Below, one piece after another: positions 9,150-17,879 of a stretch of 64,000 nt of DNA. The notes below the pieces were generated by a model. That model was not told where the DNA came from. It did not search any database and saw only the letters and a list, made by a program, of their open reading frames with translations. The position numbers and the translations under genes were made by a program. The DNA is from Candidatus Bathyarchaeota archaeon (GTDB taxonomy: Archaea > Thermoproteota > Bathyarchaeia > TCS64): contig JBDRQD010000048.1 in assembly GCA_043826455.1 (NCBI GenBank), positions 160,001 to 224,000 of the forward strand. Reading direction: 5' to 3'. The stretch's first letter is position 1, and the number at the start of each line of letters is the position of its first letter.

Positions 9150-10007
9150 ATGGAGCGCCTCACCAAGGCCCGGCTCAGCAACCTGGACAAGGTCCTGTAC
9201 CCGGAGCTGGGCCTCACCAAGGCCCAGGTCATCGAGTACTACGTCAGGGTCGCGCCCAGGATGCTCCCCTTCCTCAGGGACCGGGCCCTGGTCAGGGCCA
9301 GGTACCCCGACGGGGTAGACGCCGAGGGCTTCTACGAGAAGGACGCCTCCTCCGGAACCCCTGAGTGGGTGAAGACTTATACCAAGTTCAGTGAGAGCTC
9401 GGCCAAGGACACGGAGTACGTGGTCTGCGGCGACCTGGACACCCTCATCTGGCTTGCCAACCTGGCAGCCCTGGAGCTCCACGTCCCCCTGTCAAGGGTG
9501 CCCCTCACGGACATCCCCGACCTGTGCCTCTTCGACCTGGACCCAGAGCCCCCTGCTGGGCTGAGGGAGGCCGTCCAGGCAGTGTTCCTCCTTAGGGAGG
9601 CCTTGGAGGACCTGGGCCTCAAGCCCTACGTGAAGACCTCGGGCAGGAAGGGGGTCCACGTCGTCGTGCCCTTGGAGCCCCTGTACACCTTTGAGGAGAC
9701 CCGGAGTTTTGTTCACAGAATCGGTGTGGGGCTGGCTGAGAACCACGAACTCGTAGTGTCGGAGAGGAGCCAGACCGGGGAGCCTGGGACGGTGCTTGTG
9801 GACTACCCCCAGAACAGTGAGCACGCCACCATGGTTGCCCCCTACAGCCTCAGGGCCATCAGGGAGGCCACCGTAAGCACGCCCCTGGAGTGGGGTGAGC
9901 TGGCTACGCTCAGGCCCTTCGACCACAACATCTTCAACGTGCCTGACAGGCGGAAGGACCCTTGGGGCGGGATGCTGGAGGAGCCCCAGCGGCTGCCTAC
10001 ACTATGA
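9150..10007 (+). CDS. ligD: LigD polymerase/primase (AEP) domain, stand-alone
   Basis: SNLDKVLYP, RYPDG, FDLDP, KTSGRKGVHV, VAPYSLRA and VSTPLEW motifs. Confidence 0.93.
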   Translation: MERLTKARLSNLDKVLYPELGLTKAQVIEYYVRVAPRMLPFLRDRALVRARYPDGVDAEGFYEKDASSGTPEWVKTYTKFSESSAKDTEYVVCGDLDTLIWLANLAALELHVPLSRVPLTDIPDLCLFDLDPEPPAGLREAVQAVFLLREALEDLGLKPYVKTSGRKGVHVVVPLEPLYTFEETRSFVHRIGVGLAENHELVVSERSQTGEPGTVLVDYPQNSEHATMVAPYSLRAIREATVSTPLEWGELATLRPFDHNIFNVPDRRKDPWGGMLEEPQRLPTL

Positions 10008-11301
10008 AAGGCCCCACTAGGGCCACCACGGCCAAGGCAAGCAGCCCTAGGATGACGCTCATGAACGTTATGGTCCTGTAGCCCTGGCCCACATCCATGT
10101 CCCCGAACCCGGTGACCACCCAGAAGAAGCTGTCGTTGACGTTGACGCACACCATGGCCCCGGCGCTCACCGCCAGCGTAGCCGTCACCGGGTCCACCCC
10201 CAGGCTGGGCAGCAGGGGCAGCACTATGGCTGGGGCCGTAACCATGGTCACCATGCTGGAGCCCTGACCCGTCTTGATGAGGGCCGCGATGATGAACACC
10301 ACCAGGAGCCCGGGCAGCCCCAGGCCGCTGGACATGCCCCCCAGGACGCCGCCGATGCCCACCTCCTGGAGTATGAGGCCCAGGACGCCTCCCGCCCCCA
10401 CGATGACCAGGATGCCGGCCGACCTGGCCACCCCCTGGCTGATCCAGCCGTTCACAGTCGCGGGTTCGCGGCCAGTGGTGAGCAGCAATGACATGAGGAC
10501 ACCTATGGGTAACGCTATTACCGGGTTCCCCACCAGCTCTAAGATACTCGGATTCGGGAGCATAGACCTGGCTACAATGAGGGCTATGGGCACCAGTATG
10601 ACCCCGAAGGACACCCAGGGGCTGGGGAGGCTCCCGTACTTCTCCGCCAGCCTGTCGTACTCCTCCGTGCTTCGCGCGGACCCCTCGTTGAGGGAGCCGC
10701 CCAGCCTGTAGGCCAGCCATAAGCCGACCACGAACACGGGGAGGCTCGCGGCCACGCCCAGAAGAATGACCTTGGAGACTTCAGCCCCGAACATGGTGGC
10801 CGGGAACAGGGGTGCAGCCGGGAAAACTAGCTTGAAGCTGCTGAAGGTGCCAGCGGCCAGGGCCAGGGTGAACAGCTGCAGCCCGTAGCCGCTCCCCGTG
10901 GACAGGGCCTTGGCCAGGGGGGACAGCATTATGAAGGCGGTATCGCAGCACATCACCGGCAACGCCAGGATATAGCCGGCGAGGCCCGTGGCCACGGGGC
11001 TCCTGCCCCTGCCCACCCAGCCCAGGACCGTCCTGGAGACCACGTAGGTGGCCCCCGTCTCCTCCATCACCTTACCCATTACCGTGGCCGAGACTATGAT
11101 GATGGCAATGAAGCCCAGGACCTTGCTGAAACCCTGGACAACCAGCTCGCTCAGCCTAGCGGCCGGGATACCGTAGGCCACCCCCATAGCCACCGCCACG
11201 AAGAACATGGACAGGAAAGGGTGAGCCCTCACCTTGGTGGTCAGCACCACTATGCTTAGGATGCCGGCCAGGAACACTAGAAGAATCGCTGCTCCATCCA
11301 A
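9997..11301 (-). CDS. GntP/DsdX-family permease
   Basis: HPFLSM, KTGQGSSMV and NVNDSFFWVV motifs; AGGTGA RBS upstream of the TTG start. Confidence 0.88.
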   Translation of the reverse strand: MDGAAILLVFLAGILSIVVLTTKVRAHPFLSMFFVAVAMGVAYGIPAARLSELVVQGFSKVLGFIAIIIVSATVMGKVMEETGATYVVSRTVLGWVGRGRSPVATGLAGYILALPVMCCDTAFIMLSPLAKALSTGSGYGLQLFTLALAAGTFSSFKLVFPAAPLFPATMFGAEVSKVILLGVAASLPVFVVGLWLAYRLGGSLNEGSARSTEEYDRLAEKYGSLPSPWVSFGVILVPIALIVARSMLPNPSILELVGNPVIALPIGVLMSLLLTTGREPATVNGWISQGVARSAGILVIVGAGGVLGLILQEVGIGGVLGGMSSGLGLPGLLVVFIIAALIKTGQGSSMVTMVTAPAIVLPLLPSLGVDPVTATLAVSAGAMVCVNVNDSFFWVVTGFGDMDVGQGYRTITFMSVILGLLALAVVALVGPFIV

Positions 11302-11330
11302 ATGTTTTCACCTTAAAAAAATGGGTGGCC

Positions 11331-11477
11331 TCAGCAGCACCTGCCGGGGACCACGATCTTCTTGGTCTCCCCACAGCAGGTCGCCTCGGCCTCTGTCACT
11401 GCCTCGCAGCAGGTTTCCTCCGCTTCCCCTGCACAGCAGGGGGCTTCCGTCTTTTTCTCTGACACGGCTTCCACCAT
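11331..11477 (-). CDS. 48-aa acidic Cys-Cys-rich peptide (metallothionein-like), not in ORF track
   Basis: Hand translation MVEAVSEKKTEAPCCAGEAEETCCEAVTEAEATCCGETKKIVVPGRCC*; sits between the divergent promoter and the permease. Confidence 0.7.
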   Translation of the reverse strand: MVEAVSEKKTEAPCCAGEAEETCCEAVTEAEATCCGETKKIVVPGRCC

Positions 11478-11562
11478 GATCACATTGGAATATTAAGATA
11501 GATAAACAATATTGTTAATAAAACAAGGCGAAAACAGTAAAATATATAAGATTCTTAGGTGA
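11478..11562. promoter_or_regulatory. AT-rich divergent promoter region between the Cys-rich peptide and the Lrp gene
   Basis: Strongly AT-rich with TATA-like runs (AATATATAA, TTAATAAAA). Confidence 0.55.
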
Positions 11563-12015
11563 ATGGTTCTCTTGATGGGTTTGGACGACACCGACAGAAC
11601 GATCCTCAGGATGCTGAAGGTGGACGCCAGGGTATCCCTGGCCCAGATCAGCCGGGAGGTGGGACTCAGCAGCCCCAGCATCAAGGACCGGATAGACAAG
11701 CTGGAGGCCGAGGGAGTAATCCTGGGCTACAGGCCGGTGCTGGAGTACGGGAAACTGGGCCTGGGCCTCACGGGCTTCGTGGGGGTCATGCTGGACCCCC
11801 AGCGGTGCTGCGACGAGGACATAGTCAGGGACCTGGAGACGGTGGAGGGCGTCGTGGAGGGCTGGTTCACGGACGGTGATGAGGACATGCTCCTCATGGT
11901 GAGGGCTGCCGACCCTCCGTCCCTCATGGAGACCGTGAACAGGATCAGGAGCATCCAGGGCGTCTACAGGACCCGGACCGTCATCACCCTGGCCAACCCC
12001 ATAAAGAGGGTTTAA
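11563..12015 (+). CDS. Lrp/AsnC-family transcriptional regulator
   Basis: LDDTDRTIL...DAR.SLAQIS.EVGLS HTH, then RAM domain ending TRTVI. Confidence 0.93.
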   Translation: MVLLMGLDDTDRTILRMLKVDARVSLAQISREVGLSSPSIKDRIDKLEAEGVILGYRPVLEYGKLGLGLTGFVGVMLDPQRCCDEDIVRDLETVEGVVEGWFTDGDEDMLLMVRAADPPSLMETVNRIRSIQGVYRTRTVITLANPIKRV

Positions 12016-12127
12016 GACAAACCTTCAAAGCGTCTGACCCGGATCATCTTCCATGAGGCTCAGGCTGCCGCTCTGGCTGGCGCTGCTGGCCGATCTCTGG
12101 GTCCGTGTCCGGGCTAGCGACACCCAT

Positions 12128-12835
12128 TTATCGGATGACCCTGTAGAGGTTTGATCTGCCTCTCTTTCCCGCTGCCTCCAGGAGCTCCATCTTCCTCATA
12201 CTATAAACCATCTTCTGGCTGAGGCCGCTGCTCAACCTGGACTCCTGTGCCAGATCCCGGGCCGTGAAGCCGCTGTACAGATGCCAGGGCAGCAGCCTCA
12301 GGTAGTCGGCTGGGCAGGTGAACAGGTGCCGCTCCTGGACAGAGAGCAGCCTCCTGTCAGCGATGCTCCACCTGCGCCTCCGCCAGCTCCCCTTCCCATC
12401 GTCGATCCACAGCTCCTCGGCGTCCACCATAGCCACCTCCAACTCGAAGCCGGGCACACTGGCCAGCTCCGGCGTGTACACCATCTCGTCGAAGACCTCC
12501 TCGACGCGGCCCCGCTTCGGGGACCTCCTCCTGCTGACCTGCTCGCCGCCCGAGCCGAGCCTTATGATCCACTTGTTCAGGGGCACCGGGTGGACCAGGC
12601 GGACCCTGTGGCCCCTCAGCAGGTCCAGGAGCTTCTGCCTGATGGAGCCAAAGTTCCCCGTCTGCACCTCCACCAGAACGCCGTCCTTGACCACATCCAC
12701 TATGTAGCCCTCCACCGTGGCCTCCACCTGGTCGCCCTCCCCGGCGTAATGGTCCTTGAGCTGGTTGTGGAGGCTCTGCTCGGTCACACCCATGGCTACG
12801 CCCATACAGCTATAAATTGTGGGGCCGAGGCTCAC
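12128..12835 (-). CDS. putative PD-(D/E)XK-like nuclease with C-terminal HTH (start probably ~12793-12808)
   Basis: E.SLH..LK, E.....YIVD.....EVQT pattern; C-terminal wHTH-like segment. Confidence 0.6.
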   Translation of the reverse strand: MSLGPTIYSCMGVAMGVTEQSLHNQLKDHYAGEGDQVEATVEGYIVDVVKDGVLVEVQTGNFGSIRQKLLDLLRGHRVRLVHPVPLNKWIIRLGSGGEQVSRRRSPKRGRVEEVFDEMVYTPELASVPGFELEVAMVDAEELWIDDGKGSWRRRRWSIADRRLLSVQERHLFTCPADYLRLLPWHLYSGFTARDLAQESRLSSGLSQKMVYSMRKMELLEAAGKRGRSNLYRVIR

Positions 12836-12837
12836 CC

Positions 12838-13287
12838 ATGGCCGCCAACCCTGTTCTGGCCTTCGGGGTAGCCGCGGGGCTACTCTGGGGGCTGGTATCG
12901 TATTACCGGGGCAGGGACGTTAAGCGATCATTGTTATCCGCCGTAGTCGTGGGCCTGGCCCTGGGCACGCCCCTCCACTTCCTCCTGCTCCCCGGCTACG
13001 CGGGCTGGGCAGCCAACCAGCAGATACACAGGCGCCTCAACCGCAACTGGACAGCCTTCCTCTTGTCCTTGGTGGGCGTCCCCGTGTTCTTCGGGCTGCT
13101 CCAGGCCACGGGGAAGCTGATGGCGGAGTCCTACTCCTCCGGCACCGTGGGCGGCGGCGAGACCATAGTCATCGCCCTGGGCTGGGGGCTTATACTGGCC
13201 CTTCTCATATTGGCCGGGTGCGCCGTCTACGCCGTCACCAGCTTCGCCGCCTCCTTCAGGCGGCGAGGGGTAGGGGCAAACCATTAA
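12838..13287 (+). CDS. hypothetical membrane protein (~4 TM)
   Basis: Four hydrophobic segments; directly upstream of ku. Confidence 0.55.
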   Translation: MAANPVLAFGVAAGLLWGLVSYYRGRDVKRSLLSAVVVGLALGTPLHFLLLPGYAGWAANQQIHRRLNRNWTAFLLSLVGVPVFFGLLQATGKLMAESYSSGTVGGGETIVIALGWGLILALLILAGCAVYAVTSFAASFRRRGVGANH

Positions 13288-13310
13288 GGCGCGGGTTTCC
13301 AAGATGATCC

Positions 13311-14117
13311 TTGGAGATGGGTTTGAGCGACCTTCAGGCTGAGCCCTCCAGCAGAAGCATCTGGAGCGGCAGGATCAGCATCGGCCTCGTCAACGTCCCC
13401 GTGAAGCTGTACACCATGATCAAGGACCAGAGCTTCAGCTTCAGGTTCGTCCGCAGAGGCGACGCGTGCCCCCTCAAGTACGAGCGGGTCTGCACCCTGG
13501 ACAACGAGGTGGTGCCCTGGGGCGACGTGGGCCGCGCCGTGGAGGTGCGCAAGGGCGAGTACGTTGTCTTCACCGACGAGGAGTTGAAGGCTCTCCGCCC
13601 CGAGTCCAACCGGAAGATAGCCATAGACAGGTTCGTGCCCCTCGGCCAGGTGGACCGCGTCTTCTACGACACCAGCTACATACTGGCCCCCGACAAGGCC
13701 GAGGACAGCTACGGGCTGCTCCTGAAGGCGTTCAAGGAGAGAGGGGCCGCGGGGGTCGGCAGGTTCACCCTCCGCACCAAGGAGTACCCGGTCATCGTCT
13801 ACCCCTACAGGGGCGCCCTGGTCCTCACCACCCTCAGGTATAGCGACGAGGTTGTGGACCCACAGGCCGTGGAGGCGGTCAGGGCAGCCAAGGAGCCTAC
13901 CAAGGAGGAGCTGGCCCTGGCCCTAAGGATCATCGATAACCTGAGCGGAGAGTTCGACATCAAGGAGTACAGGGACACCTTCCGCGAGGAGGTGGAGAAG
14001 CTGGTGGAGAAGAAGATGCGGGGCGAGACCATCACCGTTGAGGAGCCCAAGGCCGAGGAGGTCCGCGGCCTCATGCAGGCCCTCCAGGAGACCCTGGCCC
14101 AGATGCAGCAGAGATGA
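13311..14117 (+). CDS. ku: Ku DNA end-binding protein (NHEJ)
   Basis: IWSGRISIGLVNVPVKLY, LTTLRY.DEV, YRDTF and LMQALQ motifs. Confidence 0.96.
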   Translation: MEMGLSDLQAEPSSRSIWSGRISIGLVNVPVKLYTMIKDQSFSFRFVRRGDACPLKYERVCTLDNEVVPWGDVGRAVEVRKGEYVVFTDEELKALRPESNRKIAIDRFVPLGQVDRVFYDTSYILAPDKAEDSYGLLLKAFKERGAAGVGRFTLRTKEYPVIVYPYRGALVLTTLRYSDEVVDPQAVEAVRAAKEPTKEELALALRIIDNLSGEFDIKEYRDTFREEVEKLVEKKMRGETITVEEPKAEEVRGLMQALQETLAQMQQR

Positions 14118-15499
14118 ACACCTACAGCCCCATGTTGGCCCGCCCAGCGGAGCGCCCCTTCGACGACCCCTCCTGGGTCTTCGAGGTCAAGTGGGACGGG
14201 ATAAGGGCCATCGCCTACGTGGGGGAAGCCCTCAGCGTCCGCAGCCGCAACGACCAAGAGCTCCGGGGCAGCTTCCCCGAGCTCGAGGAGCTTAAAAGCC
14301 TCACCGATGACGCGGTGCTTGACGGCGAGATAGTGGTCATGAGGGCCGGCAGCCCCGACTTCAGAGCCGCGGCCAGGAGAAACAAGCTCACCAACCCATC
14401 AGACGTTGAGGAGGCACGGGTCACTAGCCCCGCCACCTACATAGTGTTCGACATCTTGGAGAAAAGCAGTGTCAGCCTCATAGATAGGCCCCTGCAGAAG
14501 CGGCTGGAAATCCTCAAGGCCTCTGTGAGGCAGGGCCGCTACGTGGCCCTCAGCGTACCCGTCCGGGAGCACGGCGTGAACTACTACGAGGCCGCCGTGA
14601 GGCGCGGCCTGGAGGGGGTGGTGGCCAAGCGGCTCAGCAGCACCTACCAGCCGGGGGCCAGGAGCAGCGACTGGCTCAAGGTCAAACGGGTCAAGAGCTG
14701 CGACTGCGTGATCTTCGGGTACACCCCGGGGGAGGGGGCCAGGGCCGACACTCTCGGCGCCCTCCTGCTGGGCCTCTACGACGAGGGCAGGCCCGTGTAC
14801 GTGGGCCGCGTGGGCACAGGTTTCACGGACCAGGACCTCAGGGGCATCAGGAACACGTTGGATGGGCTCCGCACAGACACACGCTGGTTCACGGACCCCG
14901 ACATACCGGAAGGCTCAACGTGGGTCAGGCCCAAACTTGTAGCCCAGGTGGGTTACCTGGAGGCCACCAGGGACCTGCGGCTGCGTGCCCCCAGGTTCAT
15001 GGGGTTCAGAGACGACAAGCCCCCCGAGCTGTGCAGCCTCTCCCAGATAAAGCCCATGAGGCTGGATGAGTACTACGCCAAGAGGGACTTCGCCGCGACC
15101 CCCGAGCCCGCGGGCGGTCACACCCCGGGGGCGGGAAACAGCTTCGTGGTCCAGGAGCACCACTCCCGGCGCACCCACTGGGACCTCCGGCTGGAGAGGG
15201 ACGGTGTGCTGGTGAGCTGGGCTGTCCCCAAGGGGGTGCCCATGGAGCCCGGGGACCGGAGGCTAGCCGTCCAGACTGAGGACCATCCCCTGGAGTACGG
15301 TGGCTTCGAGGGTGTCATCCCCACGGGCCAGTACGGGGCAGGCTCTGTTGAGATATGGGACAGGGGCTTCTACGTCCCTGTCAGGTGGCTGGAGGACAAG
15401 GTGGAGGTGGTCCTCGCCGGCCAGCGCCTCAGGGGCCGATACGAGTTGGTCCAGACCAGCCGGGAGAAGCGCGAGTGGCTCCTATTCAAGAAGGCCTAG
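14114..15499 (+). CDS. ligD: LigD ATP-dependent DNA ligase fused to a C-terminal 3'-phosphoesterase domain
   Basis: EVKWDG.R, LDGE, FDIL, EGVVAK, WLKVK; then EYYAKRDF..TPEP, FVVQEHH..R.HWDLRLE, SWAVPKG, EDHPLEY; ATGA overlap with ku. Confidence 0.95.
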   Translation: MNTYSPMLARPAERPFDDPSWVFEVKWDGIRAIAYVGEALSVRSRNDQELRGSFPELEELKSLTDDAVLDGEIVVMRAGSPDFRAAARRNKLTNPSDVEEARVTSPATYIVFDILEKSSVSLIDRPLQKRLEILKASVRQGRYVALSVPVREHGVNYYEAAVRRGLEGVVAKRLSSTYQPGARSSDWLKVKRVKSCDCVIFGYTPGEGARADTLGALLLGLYDEGRPVYVGRVGTGFTDQDLRGIRNTLDGLRTDTRWFTDPDIPEGSTWVRPKLVAQVGYLEATRDLRLRAPRFMGFRDDKPPELCSLSQIKPMRLDEYYAKRDFAATPEPAGGHTPGAGNSFVVQEHHSRRTHWDLRLERDGVLVSWAVPKGVPMEPGDRRLAVQTEDHPLEYGGFEGVIPTGQYGAGSVEIWDRGFYVPVRWLEDKVEVVLAGQRLRGRYELVQTSREKREWLLFKKA

Positions 15500-16482
15500 C
15501 CGTCCGAGGCGGCGGCCGCGGCCAGCGCAAGCACCGGCCCCACGATGACACCCGCCCAGACGAACAAGCCGATGAGGCCGTAGGCCGCCATCACGGCCCT
15601 CTGGGCCACGGTCCTGCTTCTCCGCTCCTTCAGGGTCTTCTGGAGAACCATGACGCCGAGCCCCGCCTGCGAAGCCACGAATATGGCCGTCAGGAAGGAG
15701 CCGCTGCTGAACCCCGAGGCTGCCAGCGCCAGAAGCATCTGGGCCACCATGTTCACCCCCGTGGCGACGTAGGCCGAGGCGGCTGCCAGCCCCAGCCACA
15801 TATGGACGCCGATGATGGTTTCCCGTTTGCTCACCAGCCAGACGCAGGCCGCGGCCGCTGCAACCAGGGGCCCGAACACTACAATGGGGCTCTGCCCCTC
15901 CCAGAGACGAATCCTGAACAGCTCCAAGGGCGTGGTCACCCACTCCTCTAGGGTGAACTCCTCCCTGTACCCAATGGCCAGCCCGTACCTGCCACCGCCG
16001 TCAGGCTCGTAGACCGCGAAGTAGTAGTCCCCGCCTGCCACGGATTCGACTCTGATCTCGGCCAGGAAGTGGTAACTGGTCGGCGTGAAGGGCTCGTACT
16101 CCGGCGTCGTGCGCTTGCTAATCAGCGCGGTCACAGCGTACGCTTTGGGCACCTCTATGTACACCGGGAAAGAGCCCCTTATCTGGATGTCTGGGCCCAT
16201 AACTACCAGCTGAGGAGTGAAGCCTGGGCCTTCGGATAGGGGAGTGAAGAGCCTCACCACCAGTTGCTCCCGGGGCTCCAGGTGCGCCCTGTAGTAGTGG
16301 GGCTCGGCGGCCTCGTGGAGCTCCTGATAGAGGGTCCAGCTCTTGGTTGGGTCGTGTATCTCTAGGGCTGTCTCCAGGCTGCCGTGCTCCCCCTCGGCGT
16401 CTAGGGGCGTGTGGCCGGCCACCGCCTGAAACATGAACATTGAAGCGATAATGACGATCGTAACGAGCCTGATGGTTTTCAT
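15496..16482 (-). CDS. hypothetical membrane protein: signal peptide, extracellular beta-rich domain, C-terminal TM bundle
   Basis: MKTIRLVTIVIIASMF signal-like start, YEPFTPTSY segment, 4-5 C-terminal hydrophobic helices. Confidence 0.7.
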   Translation of the reverse strand: MKTIRLVTIVIIASMFMFQAVAGHTPLDAEGEHGSLETALEIHDPTKSWTLYQELHEAAEPHYYRAHLEPREQLVVRLFTPLSEGPGFTPQLVVMGPDIQIRGSFPVYIEVPKAYAVTALISKRTTPEYEPFTPTSYHFLAEIRVESVAGGDYYFAVYEPDGGGRYGLAIGYREEFTLEEWVTTPLELFRIRLWEGQSPIVVFGPLVAAAAACVWLVSKRETIIGVHMWLGLAAASAYVATGVNMVAQMLLALAASGFSSGSFLTAIFVASQAGLGVMVLQKTLKERRSRTVAQRAVMAAYGLIGLFVWAGVIVGPVLALAAAAASDG

Positions 16483-16537
16483 TGGATGGGTAGATGATCG
16501 GCACACCTTAAACCCTGCGCGCCCATGAACCCATTGG

Positions 16538-17284
16538 ATGACTGGGACGCTCTACGCGGGCTCCATGGGGTGGAGCTACAGTTTCTGGGGCATCTACGGC
16601 GGCCTCAAGCCGGGCGAGTACCTGGCCGAGTACTCCCGCCGCTTCAACAGCGTAGAGATCAACAACAGCTTCTACAGGATACCTGCGCCCGCTACCGTCG
16701 CTGAATGAGCCGCCCAGGCGCCCCCCGGGTTCAGGTTCGCGGCCAAGTTCCCTCAGAGTATAAGCCACGCCCCCGGCCTCAGCTTCGAGGAGGGCAAGCT
16801 CTTCGCCTTCCTAAGAAGCATGTCCCAGCTGGGCCCAAAGAAGGGGCCCCTCCTGGTCCAGCTGCCGCCGACTCTCAGGGCGGACCACGTCGACGGCCTC
16901 AGACGCCTCCTCAAGGCTCTGCCCGGCGGCAACCGTTACGCCGTGGAGTTCAGGCACAGGGATTGGTTCACGTCTGAGACCTACGATATGATTAGGGAGA
17001 GGGGTGTGGCCCTCGTTCAGCAGGCGCATCCGTGGCTCCCGGAGGTCCACGAGGTGACCGCCGGCTTCGTTTATGTCCGGTTCGAGGGGGACAGGAAGAA
17101 GGTGGGCGGCGAGGAGGGGGCCGTGGAGGTGGACCGCGAATCGGACACTGAGAGATGGGCTCGAGCCATTTCCGCTTACCTTGATGAGGGGCTGGACGTG
17201 TACGCCTACTTCAGCAAGTTCTACTCGGGGTACCCGCCCCATGATATAGCTCAGCTGGTGGAGCTGGTCAGCCGAGGCTCTTGA
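16538..17284 (+). pseudogene. DUF72-family protein interrupted by an in-frame TGA at 16706-16708
   Basis: Frame from 16538 gives GWSY..W, Y...FNSVEINNSFYRIP, a stop at the usual Trp, then PPGFRFAAK...LLVQLPP, AVEFRH..W, YVRF.G. Confidence 0.85.
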
Positions 17285-17804
17285 GGAGCACGGATACATC
17301 GTCAGCCTCGAAGAGCCCCACGTGAGCCCGGATGATCCTACCATCCTCGTCGATGACGAAGTCCCCTGGGCTCTGGGTCTCCTTGCCCTCGTAGGCGCCA
17401 TGAACCTTCCCCACCTTCCTCGCCTCCCTGGCCCTGCCTATAATCTTGGCCAAGGTGACGGGCCCCATGGCGCCCACTCCGTACAGGTCGTACACCCTGT
17501 ACTTGCCGTCCTCCTTGGGGACAGGCACCACGGGGAAGCCCACGTCCATGTCCTTTATGTACTCCTCAGCTGACTCGGGGCTCGACTGAACCAGGTATAT
17601 GGTCTTCAAGTCGTGGCCGATTTCCCTCCTCAGCATAAGCAGCCGGTCGAAGTCGTGCTGGCAGACGGGGCACCCAAAGTACCTCCCGAAGACCAGGAAG
17701 ACCCTGCTGCCTCTGTAATCCTTCAGCGATACCCTGCCCATGTTCACGGACTCCAGGGTGAAGTCGGGGGCGGCGTCGCCAGGCCTCAGCTTAGCCATGG
17801 ACAA
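17268..17804 (-). CDS. AhpC/TSA (peroxiredoxin-like) redoxin
   Basis: PGDAAPDFTL, CPVC and PGDFVIDEDG motifs. Confidence 0.85.
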   Translation of the reverse strand: MSMAKLRPGDAAPDFTLESVNMGRVSLKDYRGSRVFLVFGRYFGCPVCQHDFDRLLMLRREIGHDLKTIYLVQSSPESAEEYIKDMDVGFPVVPVPKEDGKYRVYDLYGVGAMGPVTLAKIIGRAREARKVGKVHGAYEGKETQSPGDFVIDEDGRIIRAHVGLFEADDVSVLLKSLG

Positions 17805-17879
17805 TCATGGGCGGCATCCTACTTAGCGGTTCCCCCGGGGAAGTATTATCCCCTGTAAGCCAACATTAACCTGATCGAG

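Noticed and set aside
16706..16708. Genome-wide TGA recoding (Trp or selenocysteine)
   Set aside because: Many intact genes here end in TGA, Trp is encoded by TGG elsewhere, and the site is a Trp rather than a Cys position
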